A stretch of 64,000 nt of DNA from an uncultured cyanobacterium (GTDB lineage: Bacteria; Cyanobacteriota; Cyanobacteriia; CAKZMO01), in contig CAVRCJ010000006.1 in NCBI GenBank assembly GCA_963719515.1, positions 224,001 through 288,000 of the forward strand, written 5' to 3'. Below are positions 1-11,378 of this stretch, one piece after another. The notes under the pieces are model-generated. The model searched no databases. It saw nothing but the letters and a program-made list of their open reading frames with translations, and was not told the DNA's origin. Position 1 is the first letter of the stretch. Each line of letters opens with the position of its first letter. The translations under genes were made by a program, and so were the position numbers.

Positions 1-477
1 ACTCACTCCCAAGCGCTCGCTATTTTTGGTGAAGGGCGCTTTCAGCATCTCGACCCCAATCGACCTTATGTTCTCAGTGGTGCTATGGGGCTGCTCCCTC
101 CTGTCGATACCGATGTGCTGCAAACCCTTGCCTCTCGCTGGCAGGACGCAGACAAGTTCCAGTGGGGGGAATATGTGCCGCAGGCCTGGGATGCCGCCAC
201 CTTGCTGGTGCTGGCGGCGGAAGCGGCTGGACGCAATTGGAGGTCTGGCATACAGGAAAGATTAAAAGAGGTCGCTAATCCTCCTGGGGTGAGGGTCACG
301 CAGGTCTGTGAAGGGCTTACGCAGCTTCGCAAGGGGGCTATGATTAATTACCAGGGTGCCAGTGGCACCGTAGATCTGGGGACGGAGGGCCAGCTTTCCG
401 TTACATCCCAATACCGCCGCTGGCAACTCTCGGCCTCAGGTAAAATTCGCTGGGGAGACAGCATCACGCTGAGGTGA
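1..477 (+). CDS. ABC transporter substrate-binding protein, branched-chain amino acid (LivJ/NatB) type, 5'-truncated by window edge
   Basis: Frame open from base 1; motifs QAWDAATLLVLAAEAA and INYQGASGTVDL are typical of this family's C-terminus. Confidence 0.75.
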   Translation, partial: THSQALAIFGEGRFQHLDPNRPYVLSGAMGLLPPVDTDVLQTLASRWQDADKFQWGEYVPQAWDAATLLVLAAEAAGRNWRSGIQERLKEVANPPGVRVTQVCEGLTQLRKGAMINYQGASGTVDLGTEGQLSVTSQYRRWQLSASGKIRWGDSITLR

Positions 478-529
478 CTGGCTCGAACTGAGTGGCGTTC
501 TCGACACTATACTGCGACGACAGACAGCA

Positions 530-2740
530 ATGAAACTTCCATTTAAACGCGACTCATCCTCTGCCGAAGCGGATCAAAGCCAGGGACTAGGCACGTTTGG
601 TGGGGTATATACGCCATCGATTCTGACCATCCTGGGCGTCATCATGTACCTGCGGTTTGGCTGGGTCGTGGGCAATGTGGGGCTGATCGGAACGCTCTTG
701 ATCGTGACGCTGTCTACGTTGATCACTTTTCTGACATCCCTCTCCGTTTGTGCGATCGCCACCGATCGAGTGGTGCGGGCTGGGGGAGCTTACTATATGA
801 TCAGCCGCTCCCTGGGCATTGAGACGGGCGGGGCCGTTGGCATTCCTCTCTACTTTGCTCAAGCGCTCTCTGTCGCCCTATATACCATCGGCTTTGCCGA
901 GAGTGTGGTTCAGGTATTCGGCCAGTTCAACCAAACGTACGTCGCCCTGGTCGTCACGATTCTGGTCGCGGTGCTGGCGATCACCTCCGCCAGCGTCGCC
1001 ATCAAGGCCCAGTACTTCATCATGGCCGGCATTGTCCTATCTCTAGTTTCGTTTGCGTTTGGGCATCCCGTAGAGAACACAAATATCGAGATGTGGGGAG
1101 CCGCCGATCGCTATTCGGAACCCTTCTGGACGGTGTTTGCGGTATTCTTCCCGGCCGTCACCGGCATTATGGCGGGAGTCAACCTGTCGGGGGATTTGAA
1201 GGACCCCGTAAAATCCATTCCCACGGGAACTCTGGCTGCAGTCGGCACCGGCTATGTGATCTACATGGTGCTGCCTGTCCTACTGGCAATGCGAGCCGAT
1301 GCCAGCACTCTGATTGCAGAGCCCTTGATCATGCAGGAGATGGCGCTCTGGGGTCCGGCGATTTTGGTGGGGGTTTGGGGGGCAACTCTATCTAGCGCCA
1401 TCGGCAGTATCCTGGGTGCGCCCCGCGTGCTGCAGGCGCTTGCCCGCGACGGGGTGCTGCCGCGCTCGATGCGTTTTTTGGGACAGGGCAGCGGCAAAAC
1501 CGACGAGCCCAAGATCGGCACTGCCGTAACCCTGGTCGTCGCCGTTGCCGCCGTCTGCATCGGCGATCTGAACCTAATTGCCCCGGTTCTAACCATGTTT
1601 TTCCTCACGACCTATGCGGTACTCAACATCGCCGCAGGGGTAGAGGGATTTCTGCAAAGCCCGTCCTACCGCCCAACTTTTCAGGTGCATTGGGCCCTCT
1701 CTCTATTGGGGGCGGTGGGCTGCCTGGCGGTAATGTTCTTGATCAATGCGATCGCCACCGTCGTAGCTGCGGCAATTGTCTTTGGCATCTTTCTGTGGAT
1801 TCAGCGGCGGGAGCTTCGGGCCACTTGGGGAGATGCCCGTCGCGGCATCTGGATGGCGCTGATGCGTACCGGGATCTTACAGCTGCAGGAGACCCAAGAA
1901 GATCCGAGGAACTGGCGGCCCCACATTCTGGCGCTTTCGGGCTCTCCAAGCCGCCGCTGGTCTTTGGTGGAGCTGGCTGATGCGTTTACCCATAACCGAG
2001 GTCTGATCACGGTCTCTAGCGTTTTGCCCAGAGGATCGCGGGACGTTGGCCAGCAAACCGCCATGGAGAAAACCATTGTCGAATACTTAGAGCGGCGCGG
2101 CGTTAGGGCTCTGGTGCGCATTGTCACAGCCTCTGACCCTTTTGAGGGGGCGCTCCAGCTTGTGGAGACCTACGGTATTGGTCCTCTAGTCCCCAACACG
2201 CTCGTCTTGGGCGATAGTGAGGAAGTCAGCCGCCGCGAGAGCTATTGCCGATTGATTTCTCAGGCCCACAGCGCCAAGCGTAACGTGGTTATTTTGAGGG
2301 AGTCTGAGCGCGGGTTTGGCGCTCGCCGTCGCATTGATGTGTGGTGGGGGGGCCGCCAAGCCAACGGGGGGCTGATGCTGCTGCTTTCCGATTTGCTGCG
2401 CAACAACATCGAGTGGCGAAACGTCGATATTTTTCTCAAGCTAGTGGTTCCCAATGCCGCCGCCGCTGAGTCTGCCGGTTCCAATCTGACAGGGCTAATT
2501 CAAGATTTGCGGGTAGATGCCACAACCCAAGTTATCGTATCGGGCGATCGCCCCTTCGACAAAATTCTGCATGAGTCGTCGGCCCAGGCGGATTTGGTCT
2601 TCCTCGGTATGGCAATTCCGATGGATAACTACAGCAGGTACTACGAGGGGCTGCAGCAGCTTGCCGCAGGATTGCCCACCACAATATTTACGCTCGCAGC
2701 GGACGACTTCTCGTTTACTGAGGTTTTGGCAGAGAAGTAG
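530..2740 (+). CDS. Cation-chloride cotransporter (SLC12/APC family permease)
   Basis: LGTFGGVYTPSILTILGVIMYLR, GGAYYMISRSLG, FFPAVTGIMAG and NWRPHIL motifs; many TM segments plus a cytosolic C-domain. Confidence 0.9.
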   Translation: MKLPFKRDSSSAEADQSQGLGTFGGVYTPSILTILGVIMYLRFGWVVGNVGLIGTLLIVTLSTLITFLTSLSVCAIATDRVVRAGGAYYMISRSLGIETGGAVGIPLYFAQALSVALYTIGFAESVVQVFGQFNQTYVALVVTILVAVLAITSASVAIKAQYFIMAGIVLSLVSFAFGHPVENTNIEMWGAADRYSEPFWTVFAVFFPAVTGIMAGVNLSGDLKDPVKSIPTGTLAAVGTGYVIYMVLPVLLAMRADASTLIAEPLIMQEMALWGPAILVGVWGATLSSAIGSILGAPRVLQALARDGVLPRSMRFLGQGSGKTDEPKIGTAVTLVVAVAAVCIGDLNLIAPVLTMFFLTTYAVLNIAAGVEGFLQSPSYRPTFQVHWALSLLGAVGCLAVMFLINAIATVVAAAIVFGIFLWIQRRELRATWGDARRGIWMALMRTGILQLQETQEDPRNWRPHILALSGSPSRRWSLVELADAFTHNRGLITVSSVLPRGSRDVGQQTAMEKTIVEYLERRGVRALVRIVTASDPFEGALQLVETYGIGPLVPNTLVLGDSEEVSRRESYCRLISQAHSAKRNVVILRESERGFGARRRIDVWWGGRQANGGLMLLLSDLLRNNIEWRNVDIFLKLVVPNAAAAESAGSNLTGLIQDLRVDATTQVIVSGDRPFDKILHESSAQADLVFLGMAIPMDNYSRYYEGLQQLAAGLPTTIFTLAADDFSFTEVLAEK

Positions 2741-2819
2741 TGCTCATTTGCTTGAGCGCGAACGCTACAGCGCCACAGAATCAGGTGCTGTCCAGTTTTG
2801 ATAATCGGCTTGCCTTTGT

Positions 2820-3284
2820 TTAGCGAGACTTGGGCGTAAAAACGGCGAGTTCTGAAGGGCTATACTCAATTTCAACTGCGTCCTTGGATTTGAGCGCGGG
2901 CACGGGCGGCGCGATGATCTCTAGCGTTGACGCGTCTTGGAAGTTGCGCCGCTTGGTCTCGGGATGTGGGTAGTAAATTAGGCTATCGTAGGCGCTGCTG
3001 TCCGCCAGAAGGCGACAGCGGGAAAACGAAAAATCTTCCGGGGGATGGCGATCGGTCCAGGTGACTTGGCGAAACGTCCACTCGGGGTTGAGGATGCGGT
3101 AGGCCTGCGGCGCGATGGAGACGTTGATCGTTCCTTGAAAGAACTCCGACAGGTCTAACCCCAGCCGCTTGAAAATCGGACGCTGCATCTCAATGGTGCC
3201 GCGCGGATAGGGGCCGTTTGCCGCGCGGCCCGACGCCACGCCGTGGCCCCGGCAAACCATCCCCGCGACGCACTGACTCGGCAT
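2820..3284 (-). CDS. Conserved hypothetical protein, distant CTP-dependent riboflavin-kinase-like
   Basis: GxVxxGHGxASG and GTINV motifs; start overlaps the upstream stop (TAATG at 3284). Confidence 0.5.
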   Translation of the reverse strand: MPSQCVAGMVCRGHGVASGRAANGPYPRGTIEMQRPIFKRLGLDLSEFFQGTINVSIAPQAYRILNPEWTFRQVTWTDRHPPEDFSFSRCRLLADSSAYDSLIYYPHPETKRRNFQDASTLEIIAPPVPALKSKDAVEIEYSPSELAVFTPKSR

Positions 3285-3913
3285 TAGCCCTGCTGCGCCA
3301 GATGCTCAAAGACGCTCTTATCGCCGATGTCGGGAGGAATGGGCTGCAGGACTTTGCGAACGGCAAACACCACTAGCAGCGCAGCGATCGCCACCAGTAA
3401 AGAGCGCTCGACCTGAGGAGTCCAAATTCCTGCCATATGTCCCAAAAGCAGAGCCGGAACTAGGGGCGTGAGAAACTTGGTTTCCAGACGGTCAAAGCAG
3501 AACGCCTCTTTGACAAACAGGCCCACCAGCGCCGCAAAAGTGAACCCCACCCCCCACAGAGCCATAGGCTGCCGGTACACCAGCAGCGCTAGCGGCTCAG
3601 GCTGCATCAAGCTTAACCCAATAGACGCTGTCATCCCTACCAGCAAGAAGAGCTGCAGGGCACGGTGCAGTGGCTTGAGATAGATATGAACGGTAAATAG
3701 ACTGATGGCTAAGGCCACGCAAAGGCAGGCGTATAGGACTGTTACGGCTAGGGCTGCAGTCTCACCCTGCCAGAGCACGAATCCGGTTGCAAAGGCAAAG
3801 CAGGCGGCAACGACGGCTAAACCGCCGCGATACACCTTCACCTCAAGGCGATCGCGATCGTTGATGGTGAAGTTACCAAACTGTCCTTGGTAGACCAACG
3901 GTTGAGACGTCAT
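3284..3913 (-). CDS. DUF2301-type integral membrane protein
   Basis: VYQGQFGxFTI start, HIYLKPLH, KEAFCF and DIGDKSVF motifs; several TM helices. Confidence 0.85.
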   Translation of the reverse strand: MTSQPLVYQGQFGNFTINDRDRLEVKVYRGGLAVVAACFAFATGFVLWQGETAALAVTVLYACLCVALAISLFTVHIYLKPLHRALQLFLLVGMTASIGLSLMQPEPLALLVYRQPMALWGVGFTFAALVGLFVKEAFCFDRLETKFLTPLVPALLLGHMAGIWTPQVERSLLVAIAALLVVFAVRKVLQPIPPDIGDKSVFEHLAQQG

Positions 3914-4185
3914 AACCTATTCACCTGCAGTTACTTTACGCCAGCTCTACATCCAGCATACTCTCTAGCTAGATCTCTGCCCATCAAAAGCAAATCGTCT
4001 ACAGGCAGGTAAAATATAAAATAATGCTTAAGATACGGGTAGAGGCGGCAGCAGACTGTCTCTATATTGCCAAGCTTGAGGCATCGGCAGAGCGCCTGAT
4101 GGGTCAACTAGAGTCGATATTGGAGGGAGCTTGGTCAATCTCAACCGCTTATGCATCAGGCCATGTGATAGTTTGAGAACCGCTC

Positions 4186-5355
4186 ATGAAGGCACCACTG
4201 TCGTCCCGACAAACTGAATCAGCGCCCACCGCGCTCGCCCTAGATCTAAAGCTGCTCCTCTTTGTCGACAAACGACCTCAGTCGAGCGAGCGTATTCGCC
4301 AGATACGACATTATCTGAAGCACCGCGCCGACAGCGATCGCTGTGAGCTTCAGGTCATCGACGTCGGGGAACAGCCCCACTTGGCAGAGCATTTTAAGCT
4401 AGTGGCAACGCCTGCGCTGGTCAAGTCTGCCCCCAAGCCGCAGCAAATGCTGACCGGCACCAACCTGGTGGAGCAGCTTGAAACTTGGTGGTCTCGCTGG
4501 CTTCCCGCAGATGAAGCGGAGTCTAACGGCGCGCCGGTTCAGCTTGCCCAAACCTCAGCTCAGCCGTCGATAGCCCACGAGGCTGAGCTTATTCGCCTGT
4601 CGGACGAGCTGTTTCAGGTGACGCAGGAAAAAGCGAATCTAGAAGCTCAGCTGCAATTCAAAGATCGGCTGATTGCTATGTTGGCCCACGATTTGCGCAA
4701 CCCGCTAACGGCGCTTTCAATTGCCCTAGAAACCCTAGAGATGGGGTTCGAGAGCGACAGCGCCATCTCTCCCCTAAAGCCTGAGCTACAGGCACAGCTG
4801 CTTCACCACGGGCGCACCCAGACCAAAGCAATCGACCGCATGATTACCGATATCCTACAGGCCGCTCGAGGGAGCCATGCCCGCTTCCAGATCAATCCGG
4901 TGCCTCTCGACTTTGCGGCGCTGCTCATCAATATTATTGACCGGCTGCGGCGACAGTTTCACGGCAAATCCCAGCAGGTTGAAGTGGATGTCCCGACTGA
5001 CCTTCCTCAGGTGCATGCCGACCCAGAGCTGGTGCGCCAGCTGGTCATCAACCTGCTCGACAACGCCACCAAGTACACGCCTGAGGGAGGAACCATCAGC
5101 ATCAGCGCTCTGCACCGAACAACCCAGAAGATTCAGGTGAGCATCTGCGATACGGGACCGGGCATCCCGGAGGAAAATCAGCAGCGCATTTTTGAAGACC
5201 GCTTCCGCCTTAAGCGAGATGAAGCAAAAGACGGGTACGGGATCGGGCTTTCGCTCTGTCAGCGTATCGTTACGGCGCACTATGGCCAAATTTGGGTGGA
5301 CTCTGAACCTGATCAGGGAAGCTGCTTTCACTTCACGATGCCGGTATTTCGGTGA
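4186..5355 (+). CDS. sasA: Circadian adaptive-response histidine kinase SasA
   Basis: N-terminal KaiB-like domain (LLLFVDKRP, LVATPALVK), H-box AHDLRNPL, HATPase N/G boxes. Confidence 0.93.
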   Translation: MKAPLSSRQTESAPTALALDLKLLLFVDKRPQSSERIRQIRHYLKHRADSDRCELQVIDVGEQPHLAEHFKLVATPALVKSAPKPQQMLTGTNLVEQLETWWSRWLPADEAESNGAPVQLAQTSAQPSIAHEAELIRLSDELFQVTQEKANLEAQLQFKDRLIAMLAHDLRNPLTALSIALETLEMGFESDSAISPLKPELQAQLLHHGRTQTKAIDRMITDILQAARGSHARFQINPVPLDFAALLINIIDRLRRQFHGKSQQVEVDVPTDLPQVHADPELVRQLVINLLDNATKYTPEGGTISISALHRTTQKIQVSICDTGPGIPEENQQRIFEDRFRLKRDEAKDGYGIGLSLCQRIVTAHYGQIWVDSEPDQGSCFHFTMPVFR

Positions 5356-5532
5356 CATCCTCTCCATCCGGTCGCTAGGCGATACGGATGGAGCTTCCTT
5401 GGGTCAATCCGCGCGACGGTCACGTTAAAACGGTAGTCCTCTAAGGTCCGCTAAGCTCAAATGTGTGGTTTGCACAGACTGCAGTCTCTCCAGGAAAATA
5501 GTTCAACCTTAGGCCAACTACCCTATTCTTTA

Positions 5533-6228
5533 GTGCCCAATCCCACTAGCGACTCTCCGCCCTACGCCCTCGCCCTGCACACCACTACCCCAGAGCTCGG
5601 GATAGCCCTAGCGCCCCTCAGCGCCATCTCAGCCCCTCAGTCAACGCAAGATAAAACGCAGGTGTGGAACCTAGGCCACGCCCTCTCAACGCAGCTTCAC
5701 GTCAAGCTGCAGGCCTTTATCCAACCCCTGAGCTGGTCTGACATTTCTCTCATTGCCGTTGCGCGAGGACCAGGAGGATTTACGGGAACCCGCGTCGGTA
5801 TTGTGGCTGCTCGTACCCTGGCCCAGCAGCTCGATCTACCGCTGTTTGCCGTATCGTCCCTAGAGGCAGCGGCCTGGCAGGCGATTCTAGAGCACCCTGA
5901 TGCAGAAGCGAGCCCAACACCAGCGGGCGATATCGCGGTGGAGATGCCTGCTCGCCGGGGCCAGGTCTTTGCGGCGGTCTATAGCGTGCAGCGCGACGCC
6001 AGCGATCGCCTCATCGGCCTTGTGCCCAAACTGCCAGATACGGTGATGGACCGGACCGTGTGGGAAGAGATGCGGCAGCAGTGTGTCCCTTGCCAGCAGT
6101 TTGCGGCTGAGGGAGGCTTAGGCTCAACGGTGAACGCCGTTTTACAGATCGCCCTCGCCCAGTGGCACCGAGGCGATCGCCCCCATTGGTCAGAGGCTCT
6201 GCCGTTCTATGGTCAAAGCCCGGTGTAG
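5533..6228 (+). CDS. tsaB: tRNA t6A biosynthesis protein TsaB
   Basis: ALHTTTPELG, VARGPGGFTGTRVG, PFYGQSPV; GTG start at 5533 is an estimate (the ORF track starts at 5461). Confidence 0.88.
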   Translation: MPNPTSDSPPYALALHTTTPELGIALAPLSAISAPQSTQDKTQVWNLGHALSTQLHVKLQAFIQPLSWSDISLIAVARGPGGFTGTRVGIVAARTLAQQLDLPLFAVSSLEAAAWQAILEHPDAEASPTPAGDIAVEMPARRGQVFAAVYSVQRDASDRLIGLVPKLPDTVMDRTVWEEMRQQCVPCQQFAAEGGLGSTVNAVLQIALAQWHRGDRPHWSEALPFYGQSPV

Positions 6229-6267
6229 GGTTAGGGCAGTCCCAACCGCATGGACAGGGCACTGCCC

Positions 6268-7404
6268 TCAATTCTTCAGGTCTCGGGGGTCCAGCGCGTC
6301 CCGCAGGCCATCCCCCAGTAGGTTGAACGCCAGCACCGTAATCACGATTAAAAAAGCCGGGGACCACACCAGCCAGGGATAGAGCACCAGCACCGACGCG
6401 CTCGTGGCCAGGGAAAGCATATTGCCCCAGGAGGGGTCGGGCTGTTGAATACCCAAGCCGATGAGGCTGAGGACCGCCTCGGCAACGATAAACCCGGGAA
6501 CCGCCAGGGTAGAAGCAATAATTACGTAGGTGGCCGTCTGGGGCAACACGTGCCGCACAATGGTGTAGAGCGATCGCCCCCCCATCGCCTGGGTAGCGCG
6601 GATGAAGGCCCGCTGCTTAATAGAGAGTACCTGCCCCCGAATAACGCGGGCTAGCCCAGCCCAGCTCACGAAAGACGTAATCAATACAATCAGCAAAAAC
6701 CGCTGCGAGCTGCTCAACCCCGCCGGTAAAATTCCCGCTAGGGCAATCAGCAAATAGATGGTGGGAATCGTCATCAGCACCTCCACCACCCGCATTAGCA
6801 CGGCATCCACCGCGCCGCCGAAGTAGCCAGAGATGCCGCCCACCAGCATTCCTAGAGGGAAGGAGATTGCAATGCCCACTAGCCCAATGCTGAGGCTGAT
6901 ACGGCTGCCGTAGACGAGGCGGCTGAACTGATCGCGGGCCTGCTCGTCTGTTCCTAGTAGGTTGATCCGAGCGGGCCCCACTGCGCCGAATAGATGTCGA
7001 TCTCCTGGGATTCCCGGCAGCAGCTCCACGTCTTCAAAGGCGGGCTCCGCTAGGGAAAACTGCGTCGGCAGCGGCAGCTTGAGCTGGAAGTAGCGGTACT
7101 CCGTCCCTTTGGTCAACAGTCGTAGGGGAGCGGGCTGGCTGTAGTCGACCTGCAGCTCTCTTTCTCCAGTCTCTAGATCCACCGCCCCCAAGGTTGTGGG
7201 GTAGACGTGAGGACCGATAAACTGTCCCTCGGGCGATCGCCAATAAATTTGCGTAGGGGGCAAGAATGAGCCGGTGGCCTGGGTGCTATAGGCATCGTAG
7301 GGGGCCACAAATTCAGCGGTCAGGGCGATCGCATAGAGCGTCGCCAGGACAATGACGCCGAGGCGAGCTAAGGAATTATCTTTGAGCTTTTGCCACCAGT
7401 CCAT
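6268..7404 (-). CDS. Oligopeptide ABC transporter permease (OppC/DppC family)
   Basis: LGTDEQARDQFSRLVYGSRISL, PSWGNML, FNLLGDGLRDALDP. Confidence 0.92.
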   Translation of the reverse strand: MDWWQKLKDNSLARLGVIVLATLYAIALTAEFVAPYDAYSTQATGSFLPPTQIYWRSPEGQFIGPHVYPTTLGAVDLETGERELQVDYSQPAPLRLLTKGTEYRYFQLKLPLPTQFSLAEPAFEDVELLPGIPGDRHLFGAVGPARINLLGTDEQARDQFSRLVYGSRISLSIGLVGIAISFPLGMLVGGISGYFGGAVDAVLMRVVEVLMTIPTIYLLIALAGILPAGLSSSQRFLLIVLITSFVSWAGLARVIRGQVLSIKQRAFIRATQAMGGRSLYTIVRHVLPQTATYVIIASTLAVPGFIVAEAVLSLIGLGIQQPDPSWGNMLSLATSASVLVLYPWLVWSPAFLIVITVLAFNLLGDGLRDALDPRDLKN

Positions 7405-7563
7405 ATTGTGCAGTTAAGAGAGGGTGTGAAAAGGTCGATGTTGATGAGAGGTGTAAATTCGCTGCATCGGATAGGCCCGTAGAGACATAGCGGTGCCAAT
7501 GTCTCTACCTGGTATTCAGTCTAGTTTGCCACGTAGCCCCCCGCTGCAGATTTAGATGTACCT

Positions 7564-7618
7564 TGAGTACGAATGAGTACGGATTTAATGAGTACGGATT
7601 TAATAAGTGCGGATTCAA
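7564..7618. repeat. 15-bp tandem direct repeat TGAGTACGGATTTAA (2 exact, 1 degenerate, 1 partial)
   Basis: Units at 7564 (partial), 7574, 7589 and 7604 (TAAGTGCGGATTCAA). Confidence 0.85.
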
Positions 7619-7636
7619 TCACAGAGGTGACGCGCT

Positions 7637-8440
7637 ATGGCTGGACGCTTGAGGAAAGTTAGTCGCTATGCTCGGGTATTGCAGCTGTTTTGGGGTGCGG
7701 CGATCGCCGCAGAGCTGGAGTATCGACTCAATTTTGTCATCGCCAGTCTGACGAGCTTAGGGGGTCTGGTGGGGAGCCTATTTGGGCTCTTCCTGTTCTA
7801 CCGCACTGACTATACCTTTAGCGGCTGGTCCTGGACCGAGGCGCTGATCGTACTGGGGCTGTTTACCCTACTGCAGGGGTTTGCCGCCACCTTTTTGTCC
7901 CCAAACCTCAGCCGCATCGTCCGCCATGTGCAGCAGGGCACGCTGGACTTTGTGCTGCTCAAGCCCATCAGCTCTCAGTTTTGGCTTTCGACTCGGACTA
8001 TTTCCCCCTGGGGCCTGCCGGATATTGCCTTTGGACTGCTGATTATTGGCTATGCGGGCACCCAGCTCGGGCTAGCCCCAAGAAACTATCTCCTGGGTCT
8101 GCTGCCGCTGCTCGCCGGTTTTCTCAGCCTCTATAGCCTGTGGTTTATTCTAGGCGCAACCAGCATCTGGTTCGTCAAGGTCTACAACGTTACCGAGGTG
8201 CTGCGGGGGCTGCTGGAGGCGGGGCGCTATCCCATCGTGGCCTACCCTGCCGCCTACCGGGCGTTTTTTACCTTTGTGGTGCCCGTGGCGTTTTTGACCA
8301 CCATCCCGGCTCAGTTTCTTCTGGGCCGCGCTGAGGGCTACTGGCTGGCGATCGCCGCTGGCCTCTCCGTAGGGCTGTTTCTTCTGTCCCAGGCATTTTG
8401 GCGCTTCGCGCTGCGGTTCTACACCAGCGCTTCTAGCTAG
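7637..8440 (+). CDS. ABC-2 type exporter permease (DUF990-like)
   Basis: LEYRLNF, GTLDFVLLKP, C-terminal LRFYTSASS; about 6 TM helices. Confidence 0.88.
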   Translation: MAGRLRKVSRYARVLQLFWGAAIAAELEYRLNFVIASLTSLGGLVGSLFGLFLFYRTDYTFSGWSWTEALIVLGLFTLLQGFAATFLSPNLSRIVRHVQQGTLDFVLLKPISSQFWLSTRTISPWGLPDIAFGLLIIGYAGTQLGLAPRNYLLGLLPLLAGFLSLYSLWFILGATSIWFVKVYNVTEVLRGLLEAGRYPIVAYPAAYRAFFTFVVPVAFLTTIPAQFLLGRAEGYWLAIAAGLSVGLFLLSQAFWRFALRFYTSASS

Positions 8441-8734
8441 GCGAATGCCTGGGGTATGAGAACCGCAGCCATTAAGGTCAAAATGCTAAACTGATGACTA
8501 ATGGTGCCGTTATCTGTGCTTGTGTCAAGGCGTGCTCGTGCTAAGACGTTCGCCAAAAGCTTTAGCCCCTAAGAAGTTAATCTGAGAAGATCGAATCCGA
8601 TTAGCAGCCCAGCCCTTGGGCGCATTTGTCCGGCGTAAAGCTACAGAGCCGTCTAATCTAAGTTAATATTAATTAACAATATTCACACAAACGGTTAACG
8701 TTACCTTGAAACGGAATTAGGAGGACAGCTCCCA

Positions 8735-10573
<1,839 letters not shown>

Positions 10574-10582
10574 CCTAAGGGC

Positions 10583-10608
10583 GGCTGGTTCAACCGGTTG
10601 AACCAGCC
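10583..10608. repeat. 26-bp perfect palindrome directly after the ftsH stop
   Basis: GGCTGGTTCAACCGGTTGAACCAGCC is its own reverse complement. Confidence 0.85.
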
Positions 10609-10641
10609 CGACGCATCGGTCTAGTACAATAGCGCTACATT

Positions 10642-10669
10642 CGGGAGCTGTTACGGCGGCTCCCGTTTT
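10642..10669 (+). terminator. Probable intrinsic terminator after ftsH
   Basis: CGGGAGC...GCTCCCG stem followed by TTTT. Confidence 0.55.
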
Positions 10670-10694
10670 ACTTGCTTGACGTCGGTTATTTTTG

Positions 10695-11348
10695 ATGGCT
10701 ATGGACCTCACTGCCATCCGCGAAACCTGGCTGCTGCAGCTCAGGCGGCACCGAGCGATCGCGGTAATTCGCGCTGCCACCCCTGACCTGGGCTATGCCA
10801 TGGCGATCGCCGTGGCGGCAGGGGGGATGCGTCTCATTGAGGTGGCTTGGACCACCCCCCAGGCCGCCCGCCTCATCGCCCAGCTGCGCGCTGAGCTACC
10901 CCACTGCCAAATCGGCGTGGGAACGATTTTGTCTATCGAAGCGCTGCGCCAGGCCGTCGACGCCGGGGCCCAGTTCGTTTTTAGCCCTCACACAAACGTC
11001 TCGCTGATGCAGGCGGCGCGACAGCGACCCGTTATTCCTGGGGCGCTGTCGCCTAGCGAAGTTGTTGCCGCCTGGAATGCGGGAGCGGCGAGCGTTAAGG
11101 TTTTTCCGGTTACCGCCGTAGGAGGAGTCGCCTACATCCGCGCCCTGCAGGGACCTTTGGGACATATTCCCCTGGTGCCTACTGGCGGTATTGCCCTAGC
11201 CGCAGCTCCCTTCTATCTAGAAGCAGGGGCGATCGCCGTCGGTCTTTCAACGGCGCTGTTCCCAAAGTCGGCGCTGCGGACTGGCGCTTGGGAGGAAATC
11301 ACGCAGCAGGCTCAAGCGCTCACGGACAAAATTGCGGCGTTGGGTTAG
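10695..11348 (+). CDS. eda: KDPG/KHG aldolase
   Basis: AIAVIRA, IEV, GVGTI, Schiff-base VKVFP, PTGGI; exact start uncertain (10692/10695/10701). Confidence 0.9.
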   Translation: MAMDLTAIRETWLLQLRRHRAIAVIRAATPDLGYAMAIAVAAGGMRLIEVAWTTPQAARLIAQLRAELPHCQIGVGTILSIEALRQAVDAGAQFVFSPHTNVSLMQAARQRPVIPGALSPSEVVAAWNAGAASVKVFPVTAVGGVAYIRALQGPLGHIPLVPTGGIALAAAPFYLEAGAIAVGLSTALFPKSALRTGAWEEITQQAQALTDKIAALG

Positions 11349-11378
11349 CTTAAAATGTATTAAGTAAGGTTAAGCCGT

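Noticed and set aside
7564..7618. Short repeats as a mini-CRISPR or plasmid iterons
   Set aside because: 15-bp units with no spacers and no cas or rep gene nearby
8655..8705. HLR1/RpaB site upstream of ftsH3
   Set aside because: AT-rich with partial matches only; cannot be distinguished from background by eye
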